64,000 bases of DNA from positions 6,203 through 70,202 of IMG/VR virus record IMGVR_UViG_3300047095_001251. One strand, written 5' to 3'. Below are positions 40,114 through 48,978 of this stretch, piece by piece (the first letter of the stretch is position 1; the number at the start of each line of letters is the position of its first letter). Made by a program: the position numbers and the translations under genes. The notes beneath the pieces are model-generated. The model did no database searches. It worked only from the letters and a program-made list of their open reading frames with translations, and was not told the origin of the DNA. This DNA comes from a virus.

Positions 40114-41811
40114 ATGGGCGTTATTAGAGATTACACCGATACTGTTTTCGAAAATTATAATGTATTTTTAAAAGAACATGATGAGTTTTTCCGTTCTCCA
40201 TCAAAAGCAATGGAGATGTTGGCTAGTAATGGTAGTTTCAATGCATTTGTTGGTCAATTAACCGATGGTATGGCTCCTCACTCAAAGTATGCTGTTGAAC
40301 AAGTACTAAAGCGTGAGCGTCAAATGTTATTAGAAGAGTCTGCTAGTGGCCAAATTGGTGCTACTTCTAGTGCTATTGGTTATGCAGTTTCCTATTTCCC
40401 AATCTTATCAGATATTTATAGTGATCCTGTAATTTCTCAAATTGCTACTACGTATCCCGTTTCTAAGTCAGTACTATCTATTCCCAAGATCAAACTATGG
40501 TCTTCATTTACAGATCATGCTGGTAATAAACAAAGACAACAAATGCCACGCACTGAGCTATTAGCAAGACAACCAGCTCTTTATACTCGTGTATCTGGAG
40601 GGACTTCAGTTAATTTATTTTCAGGTGCTCAATTCTCTAAAGTGTTGGGTGATACTGGAAACGTATTTACTATTTCATCAACAGTTGTCAATCCTAATAT
40701 TTCGAGAGTTAATAAGAGATTCTTAACGGTTGATCAATTTAATTATACTGACGTAGTAGGTGCTGCTGCTGGTAGTATTAAGGTTATTCTTCGTCCTGAT
40801 GCCAGAGGACAGATTAAAGGTGAAGCTAAGATTAAAATTGGTGCAACTGAGGCTACTTTGACGTTATTCGGTAGTATTAATTTTGATACTGGGGTATTTA
40901 CATTTTCAATGAGTTCGTCAAATGCTGCAGTAGCAACATTTAATAGTTTTGATATGTCGGTAATCTTTAGTCCTAAGTCTGGGGATTATGGACGTACAAA
41001 AGTAAGTTTAGAAATGGAAGGCTGGGATATTGATATCGATAACAGAGAAGAATTCGAAATCGAATTATACACCGAGCAACTCCAAGATTACCAAGATATC
41101 TATAACATAGATTTACTTCGTACTTTGAGTATGGGTATTAAAACCCAAATGTTATTAAATAAAGATCAAGATTTAGCATATTTCTTAGGTAAATATGAAG
41201 CAGATATGCGCTCAAATGGGGCCGCAGCATTCTGTGATTTAGAAGCTTTTAATAATGCATCCGGTAGTTTTACTCCTTCTAATATTACTGATATTTTCAA
41301 AGGGGTTGTACCTTTTATCACTGCATTAACTCGTCGTATTCATAAAAATTTCCGTGGTGCTCCTCAATATATTTTAGCTGGCGAAAGAACCGCTGCTATT
41401 TTAGAGAGCTTACAATCTTGGGAAGCAGCAATGCCAGGGATGAATGCAGGTAGTTTCGGAGCAAATAATGAGAGTAATATTATCTCTTTCCGTAAGCAAA
41501 CAATCCTTTGTTGCAACGCTCTACCAGAAGGTAAAATTTATCTAGTATATAAAGCTGCTGGTGATGATTTAGCCAGAACTGCTATTGCTGATATTGTTTA
41601 CAAACCATTATTTATGGTTGATGAAATTACTAATTCAATGAAGCGGACTTTCGTAAAATCGCGTACAGCATTAGAAGTTACTGCTCCGGAAGCATTAGGT
41701 GTTATCTATGTAGATGGGTATAATAAATATTTAGCTAACACTGGCGATTATGGTACCAACCATGGATTTGGTTCGTTATCTGACCTAACCATCACAGACA
41801 TGACCCCATAA
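40114..41811 (+). CDS. major capsid protein
   Basis: 565 aa after protease; highly expressed codon usage; strong RBS and terminator; possible cleavage at MLLEE-S. Confidence 0.85.
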   Translation: MGVIRDYTDTVFENYNVFLKEHDEFFRSPSKAMEMLASNGSFNAFVGQLTDGMAPHSKYAVEQVLKRERQMLLEESASGQIGATSSAIGYAVSYFPILSDIYSDPVISQIATTYPVSKSVLSIPKIKLWSSFTDHAGNKQRQQMPRTELLARQPALYTRVSGGTSVNLFSGAQFSKVLGDTGNVFTISSTVVNPNISRVNKRFLTVDQFNYTDVVGAAAGSIKVILRPDARGQIKGEAKIKIGATEATLTLFGSINFDTGVFTFSMSSSNAAVATFNSFDMSVIFSPKSGDYGRTKVSLEMEGWDIDIDNREEFEIELYTEQLQDYQDIYNIDLLRTLSMGIKTQMLLNKDQDLAYFLGKYEADMRSNGAAAFCDLEAFNNASGSFTPSNITDIFKGVVPFITALTRRIHKNFRGAPQYILAGERTAAILESLQSWEAAMPGMNAGSFGANNESNIISFRKQTILCCNALPEGKIYLVYKAAGDDLARTAIADIVYKPLFMVDEITNSMKRTFVKSRTALEVTAPEALGVIYVDGYNKYLANTGDYGTNHGFGSLSDLTITDMTP

Positions 41812-41821
41812 TTTTAATATT

Positions 41822-41857
41822 TTCTCCCTAGTAGGAATATTATCCTACTAGGGAGAA
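41822..41857 (+). terminator. strong hairpin after MCP
   Basis: TTCTCCCTAGTAGGA-ATATTA-TCCTACTAGGGAGAA. Confidence 0.75.
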
Positions 41858-41862
41858 TTTTA

Positions 41863-42069
41863 ATGGAGAATATTTTTATGATAAACGTAAAAGAAGTAGA
41901 AGAAGTAAAGAAAATAATTAGAGAAACAGTTCAAGTACCATCAGAAGTAAAATGTAATTGTGATTGTAAATGTAAATGTATTACAGAAACTCAAATTAAA
42001 AGTTTAATTAAATCTCTAGATGATAAATTAAACACGTTATACACTGAGATTCAAAAAATAACGAAATAA
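41863..42069 (+). CDS. small Cys-rich protein
   Basis: CNCDCKCKC motif plus coiled-coil. Confidence 0.55.
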   Translation: MENIFMINVKEVEEVKKIIRETVQVPSEVKCNCDCKCKCITETQIKSLIKSLDDKLNTLYTEIQKITK

Positions 42070-42106
42070 TTTTGTGTGAAAAATTTAATTTTTTTGTGAG
42101 GAAAGA

Positions 42107-43048
42107 ATGACGATTAATCCTGGAATGTTAAGTAAATTAAAAACATTTAATTCTTTAAGACAGAGACAAGTAGCCTTGCCTGTTGCCAAGATTAGGGCGA
42201 AGGTAAGTCCTTTGACCGTTAGAGATGATTTATCATTAAAGACTATGGTAGTATCTGTAGACAATTATGATAGAATTTTATGTAAATTATTATATGATAA
42301 TACTGAATTAATTGATATGAAATTACCAGACGGTAAAGATTATGAATTTAAATCCAAGCCCAGTTTTGATGAATTTTTAAATTTAATAAGTGATTTTGAC
42401 AAGCAGTCGTTATTATATGGATTATATTATTCGACGTATCACACATTTAATAAGCAGAAAATAGTATGTCCGTCATGTAAAAATGAATGGGAAGAAGAGA
42501 TTAATTGTGATCATATAATCACAAAAGACACATTTAGAATTTGGAATGAACCTATTGAATTTAGTAAATACTTGTTATCAATTGATATAGAAGTCTCAAA
42601 TAATCCGGCTATTAGTAAATTTAGATTTAATACAAAAGTTCCAACTATGAGAGATCATTTAAACATTTTAAAATTAATATCGTCTGATAAGATGAAGGAT
42701 AATTTTGATAAATTTCATAAAATTTTAAGTACATCTGAAGAATTAACATTAATTACTCAATCTATTGAGATTTTTACCAAAGTAACTCCTGCAGCTACCG
42801 AAGAGAATCCGGAACCTGAGGAAACAGAAGTATCTGAAAAAATTGATGGAATTTTAGATGTATATAAAACAATTAATGAATATATCCCATTAAATATTAT
42901 CGAAGATATTAGTAAGCAATATAGTGATAAATTCAGTCATTTTTCTCCGAAATTCAAAAAAGAGATTAGATGTGACAAATGTAAAAATGATTTTGATTTT
43001 CCTGTTGATATTGAAGTTGCACTATTTCGTAGTTTTTTAAAGATATAG
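42107..43048 (+). CDS. baseplate hub / tail assembly chaperone-like protein (T4 gp26-like); exon 1 is 42107-43033, unspliced form ends FLKI*
   Basis: V.LP...V.PLT, CPSC and CDKC Zn pairs, KVPT; stop codon lies inside intron P1. Confidence 0.7.
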   Translation: MTINPGMLSKLKTFNSLRQRQVALPVAKIRAKVSPLTVRDDLSLKTMVVSVDNYDRILCKLLYDNTELIDMKLPDGKDYEFKSKPSFDEFLNLISDFDKQSLLYGLYYSTYHTFNKQKIVCPSCKNEWEEEINCDHIITKDTFRIWNEPIEFSKYLLSIDIEVSNNPAISKFRFNTKVPTMRDHLNILKLISSDKMKDNFDKFHKILSTSEELTLITQSIEIFTKVTPAATEENPEPEETEVSEKIDGILDVYKTINEYIPLNIIEDISKQYSDKFSHFSPKFKKEIRCDKCKNDFDFPVDIEVALFRSFLKI

Positions 43049-43322
43049 AAAGCTCCTTATAGTAGAGATATTATAGGTTAACAAATTCCGTGAATTCAAA
43101 GAACGTCTAAGTTTAATTTTTAAAAATTAAATATGATAACATTGAGCTAAGTTTGAATTTATTCAAAAAAGTGCAACGACCATCTTAATAGAGTACATTT
43201 AAGTAAATGGAAGCGCGGAACATCTCAACATAATAAAATAAAAAGATGAAGATATGGTCTAAACTATATTGAAAGATATAGAAATTTATATAATTTAACG
43301 AATTATATATAATATTTTTTTG
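43034..43322 (+). ncRNA. group I self-splicing intron (IA2-like, no ORF, 289 nt)
   Basis: P1 AGU/UUUUUA...UAGAAAGCU with U-G at splice site; P2 GAGA loop; P3 UUCCGUG/CGCGGAA; P4 UUCAA/UUGAG; P7 GACCA/UGGUC in GCAACGACCA and AAGAUAUGGUC; P7.1, P7.2, P8 CAUCU/AGAUG; P9 GAAA loop; terminal G at 43322; P10 AGAAA/UUUCU. Confidence 0.9.
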
Positions 43323-43568
43323 TTTCTTGGATCAAATGAAATAGATGAACATGGAAGAAGTAGGAATCCTCAACGGGAAGCGTATGCATATTTTATAGAG
43401 ACTTTATTATATTATAGTAGATTATTCGAAGGAAATATCCCTAATATCAATGAGATACTAGACCTTGAGTATTTTTTATATTATGATCTTATTGTTAAAC
43501 AAGTTCAATTAAAGAAGAAAGAGAACCAGAATAAGGAAGCTGCTCAACGGAAACAGAAGAGAAAGTAA
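43323..43568 (+). CDS. exon 2 of the chaperone-like gene (spliced product 390 aa: ...VALFRS|FLGSNEID...)
   Basis: In frame with exon 1 after intron removal; no RBS before the annotated TTG. Confidence 0.75.
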   Translation, partial: FLGSNEIDEHGRSRNPQREAYAYFIETLLYYSRLFEGNIPNINEILDLEYFLYYDLIVKQVQLKKKENQNKEAAQRKQKRK

Positions 43569-43569
43569 A

Positions 43570-44103
43570 ATGTCTACATTAGTTGATTTAAATAATTTAC
43601 CAAAAATAATTTTGGATAAAATCCCATTATCAATTAGAGCGGCTAATAAAAAAGTAGAATTAGAAGAATTGCCATTAAGTATACAATATATGATTAATGA
43701 TTATATAATTGTAGAAAATGATGAAATTTATACTAATCCTGAATTTTATGATGTTCACCCAGAGATAACTCATTATAATGACTGTAAAATATTATCAAAT
43801 AGAAAAGAAATAGCGAAGTCTTATTTATTTAATTACTTTTCTACTAAGAAGGGTCATTACCCATTTGATCCTGAATTTGGTAATAATTTACATTTACATT
43901 TACAGACAAAGGATACGTCTCTTAGGAAGACGTTAATTTCGAATGAATTGAGTGATATTATTAGATTAGTAAATAGTTCATTTAGTTTTAATATTTCTGT
44001 TATAGAATCTGGGATATATTCTACTGATATTGGTGGTGGGATCGAATATTTTTTAAATTTAAAAATAAAAATTGAAGATGAAGTTATTCAATTAAGTGTA
44101 TAA
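43570..44103 (+). CDS. baseplate wedge / sheath initiator (gp25/GPW-like)
   Basis: TKKGHYPFDPEFGNNL motif. Confidence 0.75.
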   Translation: MSTLVDLNNLPKIILDKIPLSIRAANKKVELEELPLSIQYMINDYIIVENDEIYTNPEFYDVHPEITHYNDCKILSNRKEIAKSYLFNYFSTKKGHYPFDPEFGNNLHLHLQTKDTSLRKTLISNELSDIIRLVNSSFSFNISVIESGIYSTDIGGGIEYFLNLKIKIEDEVIQLSV

Positions 44104-44149
44104 CCCCATCCCTTTCGGGATGGGATTAATTTTTTGTTCATTGGGTGAT

Positions 44150-45061
44150 TTAGTCGATCTTCACCAACTCGTGAGTGATGGAGATGGTGGCCGAGTCACC
44201 ATTGTTCTTTTTGGAACGTGTGACTTCGACGATAACGGGGTAATCCACAGGGGATTCGATCCGTTTAGATTGCAAGAACTGTCCGTGCAATTCTTCAAGA
44301 AACGAGAGCGTGAGATACGCATACATCATACGATGGTTCACGCTGAATCCTGCGCTAACAACAGATTCGTTAGTACCGTCTTCGTCTTTTTGAACGAGGA
44401 ACGGAATGATATGTGTAAGTGCTGTCAGCAGCATTTTAAGATCCCGGCAATGCTTATTGTTCTTATCCCCCACATAGACTTGTGGGATTTTACCGACAAA
44501 TCCTGCTGACAAATTATCAACAGTGAAGATTGTTCGAGACGAGTTACCAGTTCTCGTTTTCCGGATCCCTGCTGAAAAGAATCCTTCTTCAAGAGTGGCT
44601 GAGAAGATCTTATGGTTACTATGTCCTCCACCATCTTCTTTATCTTCAAATCTGAAGGTATCCTTTACACTCGGTGAGAATGTTTTGGAAATTTTGTTTT
44701 GAAGCTGTTGATAAAATGAAATTTCGCCAGTATTGAGAGATACGTTACAAATCCCAATACAGTCACCAAGTGATGCGAATTGTAAGATTTGTTGCTCATT
44801 CAGAACATTACTGCAATCAACATAGATCTCAGTCTCACTTTTATTGACAGTGAATTTGGATTTCAACTGAGGGAATGTTGACAACAATACCTCCAATTTA
44901 CCGGAGATTTCATTCATATTCCCTCCGGTGAAAGAGATACCTGCCATCACTACACCCATTTTGACTGCCAATGGAAAGGTGAAAGTTCCTTTCCGGTGTG
45001 GGTCAATCAACAAAAGCTCGCCACTGGCACTCGTCAAGGGGAAAACACTCGCGTCCATCAT
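44150..45061 (-). CDS. hypothetical higher-GC cassette gene inserted in the structural operon
   Basis: Opposite strand, own promoter motif (45111-45130), AGGAG RBS, hairpin 44105-44124. Confidence 0.7.
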   Translation of the reverse strand: MMDASVFPLTSASGELLLIDPHRKGTFTFPLAVKMGVVMAGISFTGGNMNEISGKLEVLLSTFPQLKSKFTVNKSETEIYVDCSNVLNEQQILQFASLGDCIGICNVSLNTGEISFYQQLQNKISKTFSPSVKDTFRFEDKEDGGGHSNHKIFSATLEEGFFSAGIRKTRTGNSSRTIFTVDNLSAGFVGKIPQVYVGDKNNKHCRDLKMLLTALTHIIPFLVQKDEDGTNESVVSAGFSVNHRMMYAYLTLSFLEELHGQFLQSKRIESPVDYPVIVEVTRSKKNNGDSATISITHELVKID

Positions 45062-45149
45062 AATTCGTCTCCTTTTAATTTGTATTATATTTGTAGTTTT
45101 TACTGCACGTTATATAATATCTATATGAAAATATTGGAAAAAAAAGTAA

Positions 45150-46163
45150 ATGTTAACCAATTCGTTACAAGATATTCAGTATGTTGGTAGTTATTATGAT
45201 GAATATCTTACACAAATAGATAGATATAAAAACTTAAAAAGGCCATCTATTTTTTGTAGATATTTAAAATTAAATAAAACAGCTTCTAATTTTAATATTG
45301 AAACAGAAGGGACTCATGATAGATTCTATAATGGTGTTTATTATGATTGTTATGAATACACCCCTTTATATTTACTAAGTCCCATTGTAAATAATAGTGT
45401 AGACTCTCAAGATAAGATTGGAAGGATGTTTGATGGTACTACTGAAGCAGTAGTTTACACGATTGATCAACCTACACATAATGATATTATCGTATTTCCT
45501 TATGCCCCGAATTCAATATTGGGAGAAGTTTTTAGAGTTAAAGAAGTAAGTGTAAGTTTAAATAGTTTAAATAAAGGTGTTAAATACTCAAAGGTAATTT
45601 TAGAAAAGACATCTGTAGAACAGAATTTATTAAAGTATATTAATACATATGTATATATTCTTCCTTTAGAGAAATATATTTTTTCTCAAAAATACACAGA
45701 AGTAATAAAGGAATATAGTAGATTACAAGAAATATTTAGTATATTAATGAATAAATTTGATGAAAAGAATGAATTGTATTATTATGAATTTAATAATTTT
45801 AAAATTTCGCCGCTCAAGATAAATAAAACAATATATAATTTCTTATCTAATGTTAAAAACAATTCAAGATATTTCAATAATGTCAGGTTACCTTTCGGAG
45901 TATTAGAGTATAATAGTATAGATAGTAATAATGGATTAGATTTAAAATTAAATAAATTAACAGATTTAAATTATGACAATTCGCCAATATTATTAAATAA
46001 TGAAGAATTTTTAAATAAACTAATTTTTAAAACAAACATTCCATTATATAATAATGTAATAGATAGAAATTTTAATTCAACTATTTTAAATTACCAAATT
46101 AATAATCTAACTTTATTATTTGATCTAGAATTATTAATTTTTCAATTTAAAGGATACGAGTAA
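45150..46163 (+). CDS. probable neck/head-closure protein
   Basis: PTHNDIIVFP...GEVFRVKEV resembles neck proteins; position in operon. Confidence 0.45.
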   Translation: MLTNSLQDIQYVGSYYDEYLTQIDRYKNLKRPSIFCRYLKLNKTASNFNIETEGTHDRFYNGVYYDCYEYTPLYLLSPIVNNSVDSQDKIGRMFDGTTEAVVYTIDQPTHNDIIVFPYAPNSILGEVFRVKEVSVSLNSLNKGVKYSKVILEKTSVEQNLLKYINTYVYILPLEKYIFSQKYTEVIKEYSRLQEIFSILMNKFDEKNELYYYEFNNFKISPLKINKTIYNFLSNVKNNSRYFNNVRLPFGVLEYNSIDSNNGLDLKLNKLTDLNYDNSPILLNNEEFLNKLIFKTNIPLYNNVIDRNFNSTILNYQINNLTLLFDLELLIFQFKGYE

Positions 46164-46172
46164 ATAATTATT

Positions 46173-48212
46173 ATGGATTATAATGATTTAGTTAAATATT
46201 TCGAATTATATGTAGAGAATTATAAACCATATAAAGATAATAAAGTTTATAAATCTATGATTAAATTTCTTTATAACTATTACTTAGATCATAGTTATGA
46301 GGAAATTCCTTCTTCATTTAAAACTGCTTTTGAAGAACAGAAAATACCAACAGAATTTATAGATGTTTTACTTTTATCTAATGGGTTTCCAAAATTATTA
46401 TTAGATAATTTAAATGCTGCTGATAAAAATATTTTAGTAAATTCATTAATGGATTATAATCAATATAAAGGCTCAATATTAAGTGTTGAAAAAGTACTAT
46501 CCGCTTATGATGATAATTTTTCAGTATATGAATTATTCTTAGATTATAAAACAATAATCAATAAAGATGATGAAGAAGTAGAAGATTGGTTTTTTGTACC
46601 ATATGCAATTTATAAAGATCCAGATACAAAAGAAGAAGATATACCAGAATATTTTACATTTGATGAAATTTATGACGATGCAAAACACTTCTTTATTAAT
46701 AAAATCGAATTAAATGAATTAAGAAATAATAAAGAAATAGTCTTACCAATTAAAACTAATTTATTAATTCTAAATCAAAATAAAATAGAAAAAGCTTCAA
46801 TATTATTAAATTTCTTTTTTATTATTATCTTAAATGAAATAAAGGATGATAGAATTAGTTCTGGAAATAATAAAATTGAAGATATTCTTCTAGATGGATA
46901 TGATACACCTATTAATAATTTTACTATTTCAGATATTTTTTCGTTATGGTTCTATATTATATATAAGTTATATGGAAGAGATATAGTATTTAATTCTCCT
47001 GCATTCTCTATATTCTTTACTTTTGATAAAATAGAAAATATGAATTCCCCTTATACTATTTTACAAATTAAGGATTTGGAAGAAGAATATGCAAATTTAA
47101 CTAAACCTATCATTTCTGAATTTGGTCAAATTAAAAATATACAGGATACAAATTATAGAACTAGATTAGATAAATTCTATAAGGAAAGAATATACAATAT
47201 ATTTAATCAATTTCAATTAACTAATTTTAATAAGACTCAACAAGAATGGACTAGTATCTTCAAAGAAAAATATGGATATAAACTAATTAATTATATCGAT
47301 AATAAATTAGATAATCCAATAATAGGATCTACTTCAAAAACAGAAGCAAATAAAATATTTAATGTTTTATATAGCGCATTAGTTACCTATACTAGTAGTA
47401 AATCAGAACTTGAAAAAGAATTAATAGAAAAATATTTTTTAGACGTATTCCCGTTTATCATAATAGAACCAAAGTCTACACCATCATTTAAAGTGTTAGA
47501 TTTTATCAAACCATTCCATGTCGAATTATTAGCAGGTGCTAAACAAATATTAAAAGTAAATGATAGTTTTAATTCTGTCTTAATTGATGAGAATTTTTCA
47601 TTTTTTAATAATTTAATAAGAGCATCATTAAATGAAGCTAGTCATAATCTAATGTTTGATCTAAGATTTAAAAGTGTAGACAATTGTCATATATTAGATA
47701 ATTGCAAATATATAGTAAATAGAATCGTAAATGACGAATTGGCGATTTTAGAACATTATAATATTAAAATTATTTCAAGGGAAAATTCATTATTAAATTT
47801 TTCTCATATTTTTAATAATGAATTAATATTCCCTATTTCTCCGGTATCTATGAACATTATAAGTGCAGTTAAATATATAATTGATTCTAATTTTAAACAT
47901 ATTAACAATATAGATAATAATAAAAATTTATTAATTACGCTTCCAATTAAAGATTTACATAATTATATAAATGACAATTTTAATTTTGAAGTGAAATATA
48001 TATCAAATGAATTTTTAAATAATCTAGCGGAGTTAATTAAATATATTATTAAAATATCTGAAGTAATTGGGATTGATTATAAGTATGAATTTGAATCTAA
48101 ATTTTTATTTGATTCTTTATTTGATAATTCTGATCAATATAGTTATATCAGTGAATTAGATAATTTTGATAATAACCATATATTAATTTCTTATAGATTA
48201 GAAGTTTTGTAA
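46173..48212 (+). CDS. probable baseplate wedge protein (gp7-like)
   Basis: YKGSILSVEKVL and DFIKPFHVELL motifs. Confidence 0.55.
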   Translation: MDYNDLVKYFELYVENYKPYKDNKVYKSMIKFLYNYYLDHSYEEIPSSFKTAFEEQKIPTEFIDVLLLSNGFPKLLLDNLNAADKNILVNSLMDYNQYKGSILSVEKVLSAYDDNFSVYELFLDYKTIINKDDEEVEDWFFVPYAIYKDPDTKEEDIPEYFTFDEIYDDAKHFFINKIELNELRNNKEIVLPIKTNLLILNQNKIEKASILLNFFFIIILNEIKDDRISSGNNKIEDILLDGYDTPINNFTISDIFSLWFYIIYKLYGRDIVFNSPAFSIFFTFDKIENMNSPYTILQIKDLEEEYANLTKPIISEFGQIKNIQDTNYRTRLDKFYKERIYNIFNQFQLTNFNKTQQEWTSIFKEKYGYKLINYIDNKLDNPIIGSTSKTEANKIFNVLYSALVTYTSSKSELEKELIEKYFLDVFPFIIIEPKSTPSFKVLDFIKPFHVELLAGAKQILKVNDSFNSVLIDENFSFFNNLIRASLNEASHNLMFDLRFKSVDNCHILDNCKYIVNRIVNDELAILEHYNIKIISRENSLLNFSHIFNNELIFPISPVSMNIISAVKYIIDSNFKHINNIDNNKNLLITLPIKDLHNYINDNFNFEVKYISNEFLNNLAELIKYIIKISEVIGIDYKYEFESKFLFDSLFDNSDQYSYISELDNFDNNHILISYRLEVL

Positions 48213-48234
48213 TTATTTTGGGAGATTTTGCTAA

Positions 48235-48960
48235 ATGTTGATTACTCATCATGATAAGTTTTCAATTAGCGATTTCATTAATGGAAATAGTCAACTAATT
48301 AACGAGAAAAGAAAAGTTTCTCCATTCGTAGGGTTAGTTAGATTATTCCGAAATGATAAGCTAATAAGTAGGGAAGAGAGTAGAAATGGTGATGGAATTT
48401 TAACCAATATGACCATCGCACAAGGTAGAGAATTTGCAAACCAAAAATTATTTCAATTAAATACTATTCCTCAAGGGAAGCAAGATTTAAGAAATTATAA
48501 AATTAACGGATTTGGGGTTGGTTCCGGAGGTTCTATTATTGATACTAATTATAATATTATCCTTCAGGGGCCAAGTGTAGCAGATACAGGGTTATATTCA
48601 CCAGTAGAGATTAATGAGACATGTTTACTATTAAATTCTAAGAAGGTAGTCAAATTAATTACTTCTTCTGGTGCTGGTCCGGAAGGGGCAGGATCTATAG
48701 AATATGAAGTTAATCCTTCAGGAGAAACCCCTGGGTTTTACACTGTTACTAAATGTAGATGTATTATTGATTCAACTGAACCAGTTAGAGATGCAGCAGG
48801 GAATTCTGTATCAAATGGGCAATCTGTAAAAATCGACGAAGCATGTCTATACGCTACTGATAATGATTTAAACCCAATCCCATTTGCACATATCTGTTTC
48901 GCTCCTAAATTTATTGAACGTGAATCAACTTTTATTATTGAATGGTATATAATTTTTTAA
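48235..48960 (+). CDS. baseplate/tail structural protein
   Basis: N.T...GRE, FGVGSGG, IDEACLY, FAHI.F..K.....FIIEW.I.F. Confidence 0.6.
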   Translation: MLITHHDKFSISDFINGNSQLINEKRKVSPFVGLVRLFRNDKLISREESRNGDGILTNMTIAQGREFANQKLFQLNTIPQGKQDLRNYKINGFGVGSGGSIIDTNYNIILQGPSVADTGLYSPVEINETCLLLNSKKVVKLITSSGAGPEGAGSIEYEVNPSGETPGFYTVTKCRCIIDSTEPVRDAAGNSVSNGQSVKIDEACLYATDNDLNPIPFAHICFAPKFIERESTFIIEWYIIF

Positions 48961-48978
48961 TTTGGAGGTTGTTGAAAT

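Noticed and set aside
43033-43063. Slippery-like T TTT TTA / T TTA AAG at the end of the chaperone ORF as a -1 frameshift into the next ORF
   Set aside because: The -1 frame stops after KDIESSL, about 260 nt before the next ORF; the intron explains the fusion exactly
43320-43568. Independent gene starting at TTG 43320
   Set aside because: No RBS; the G of this TTG is the intron's terminal G
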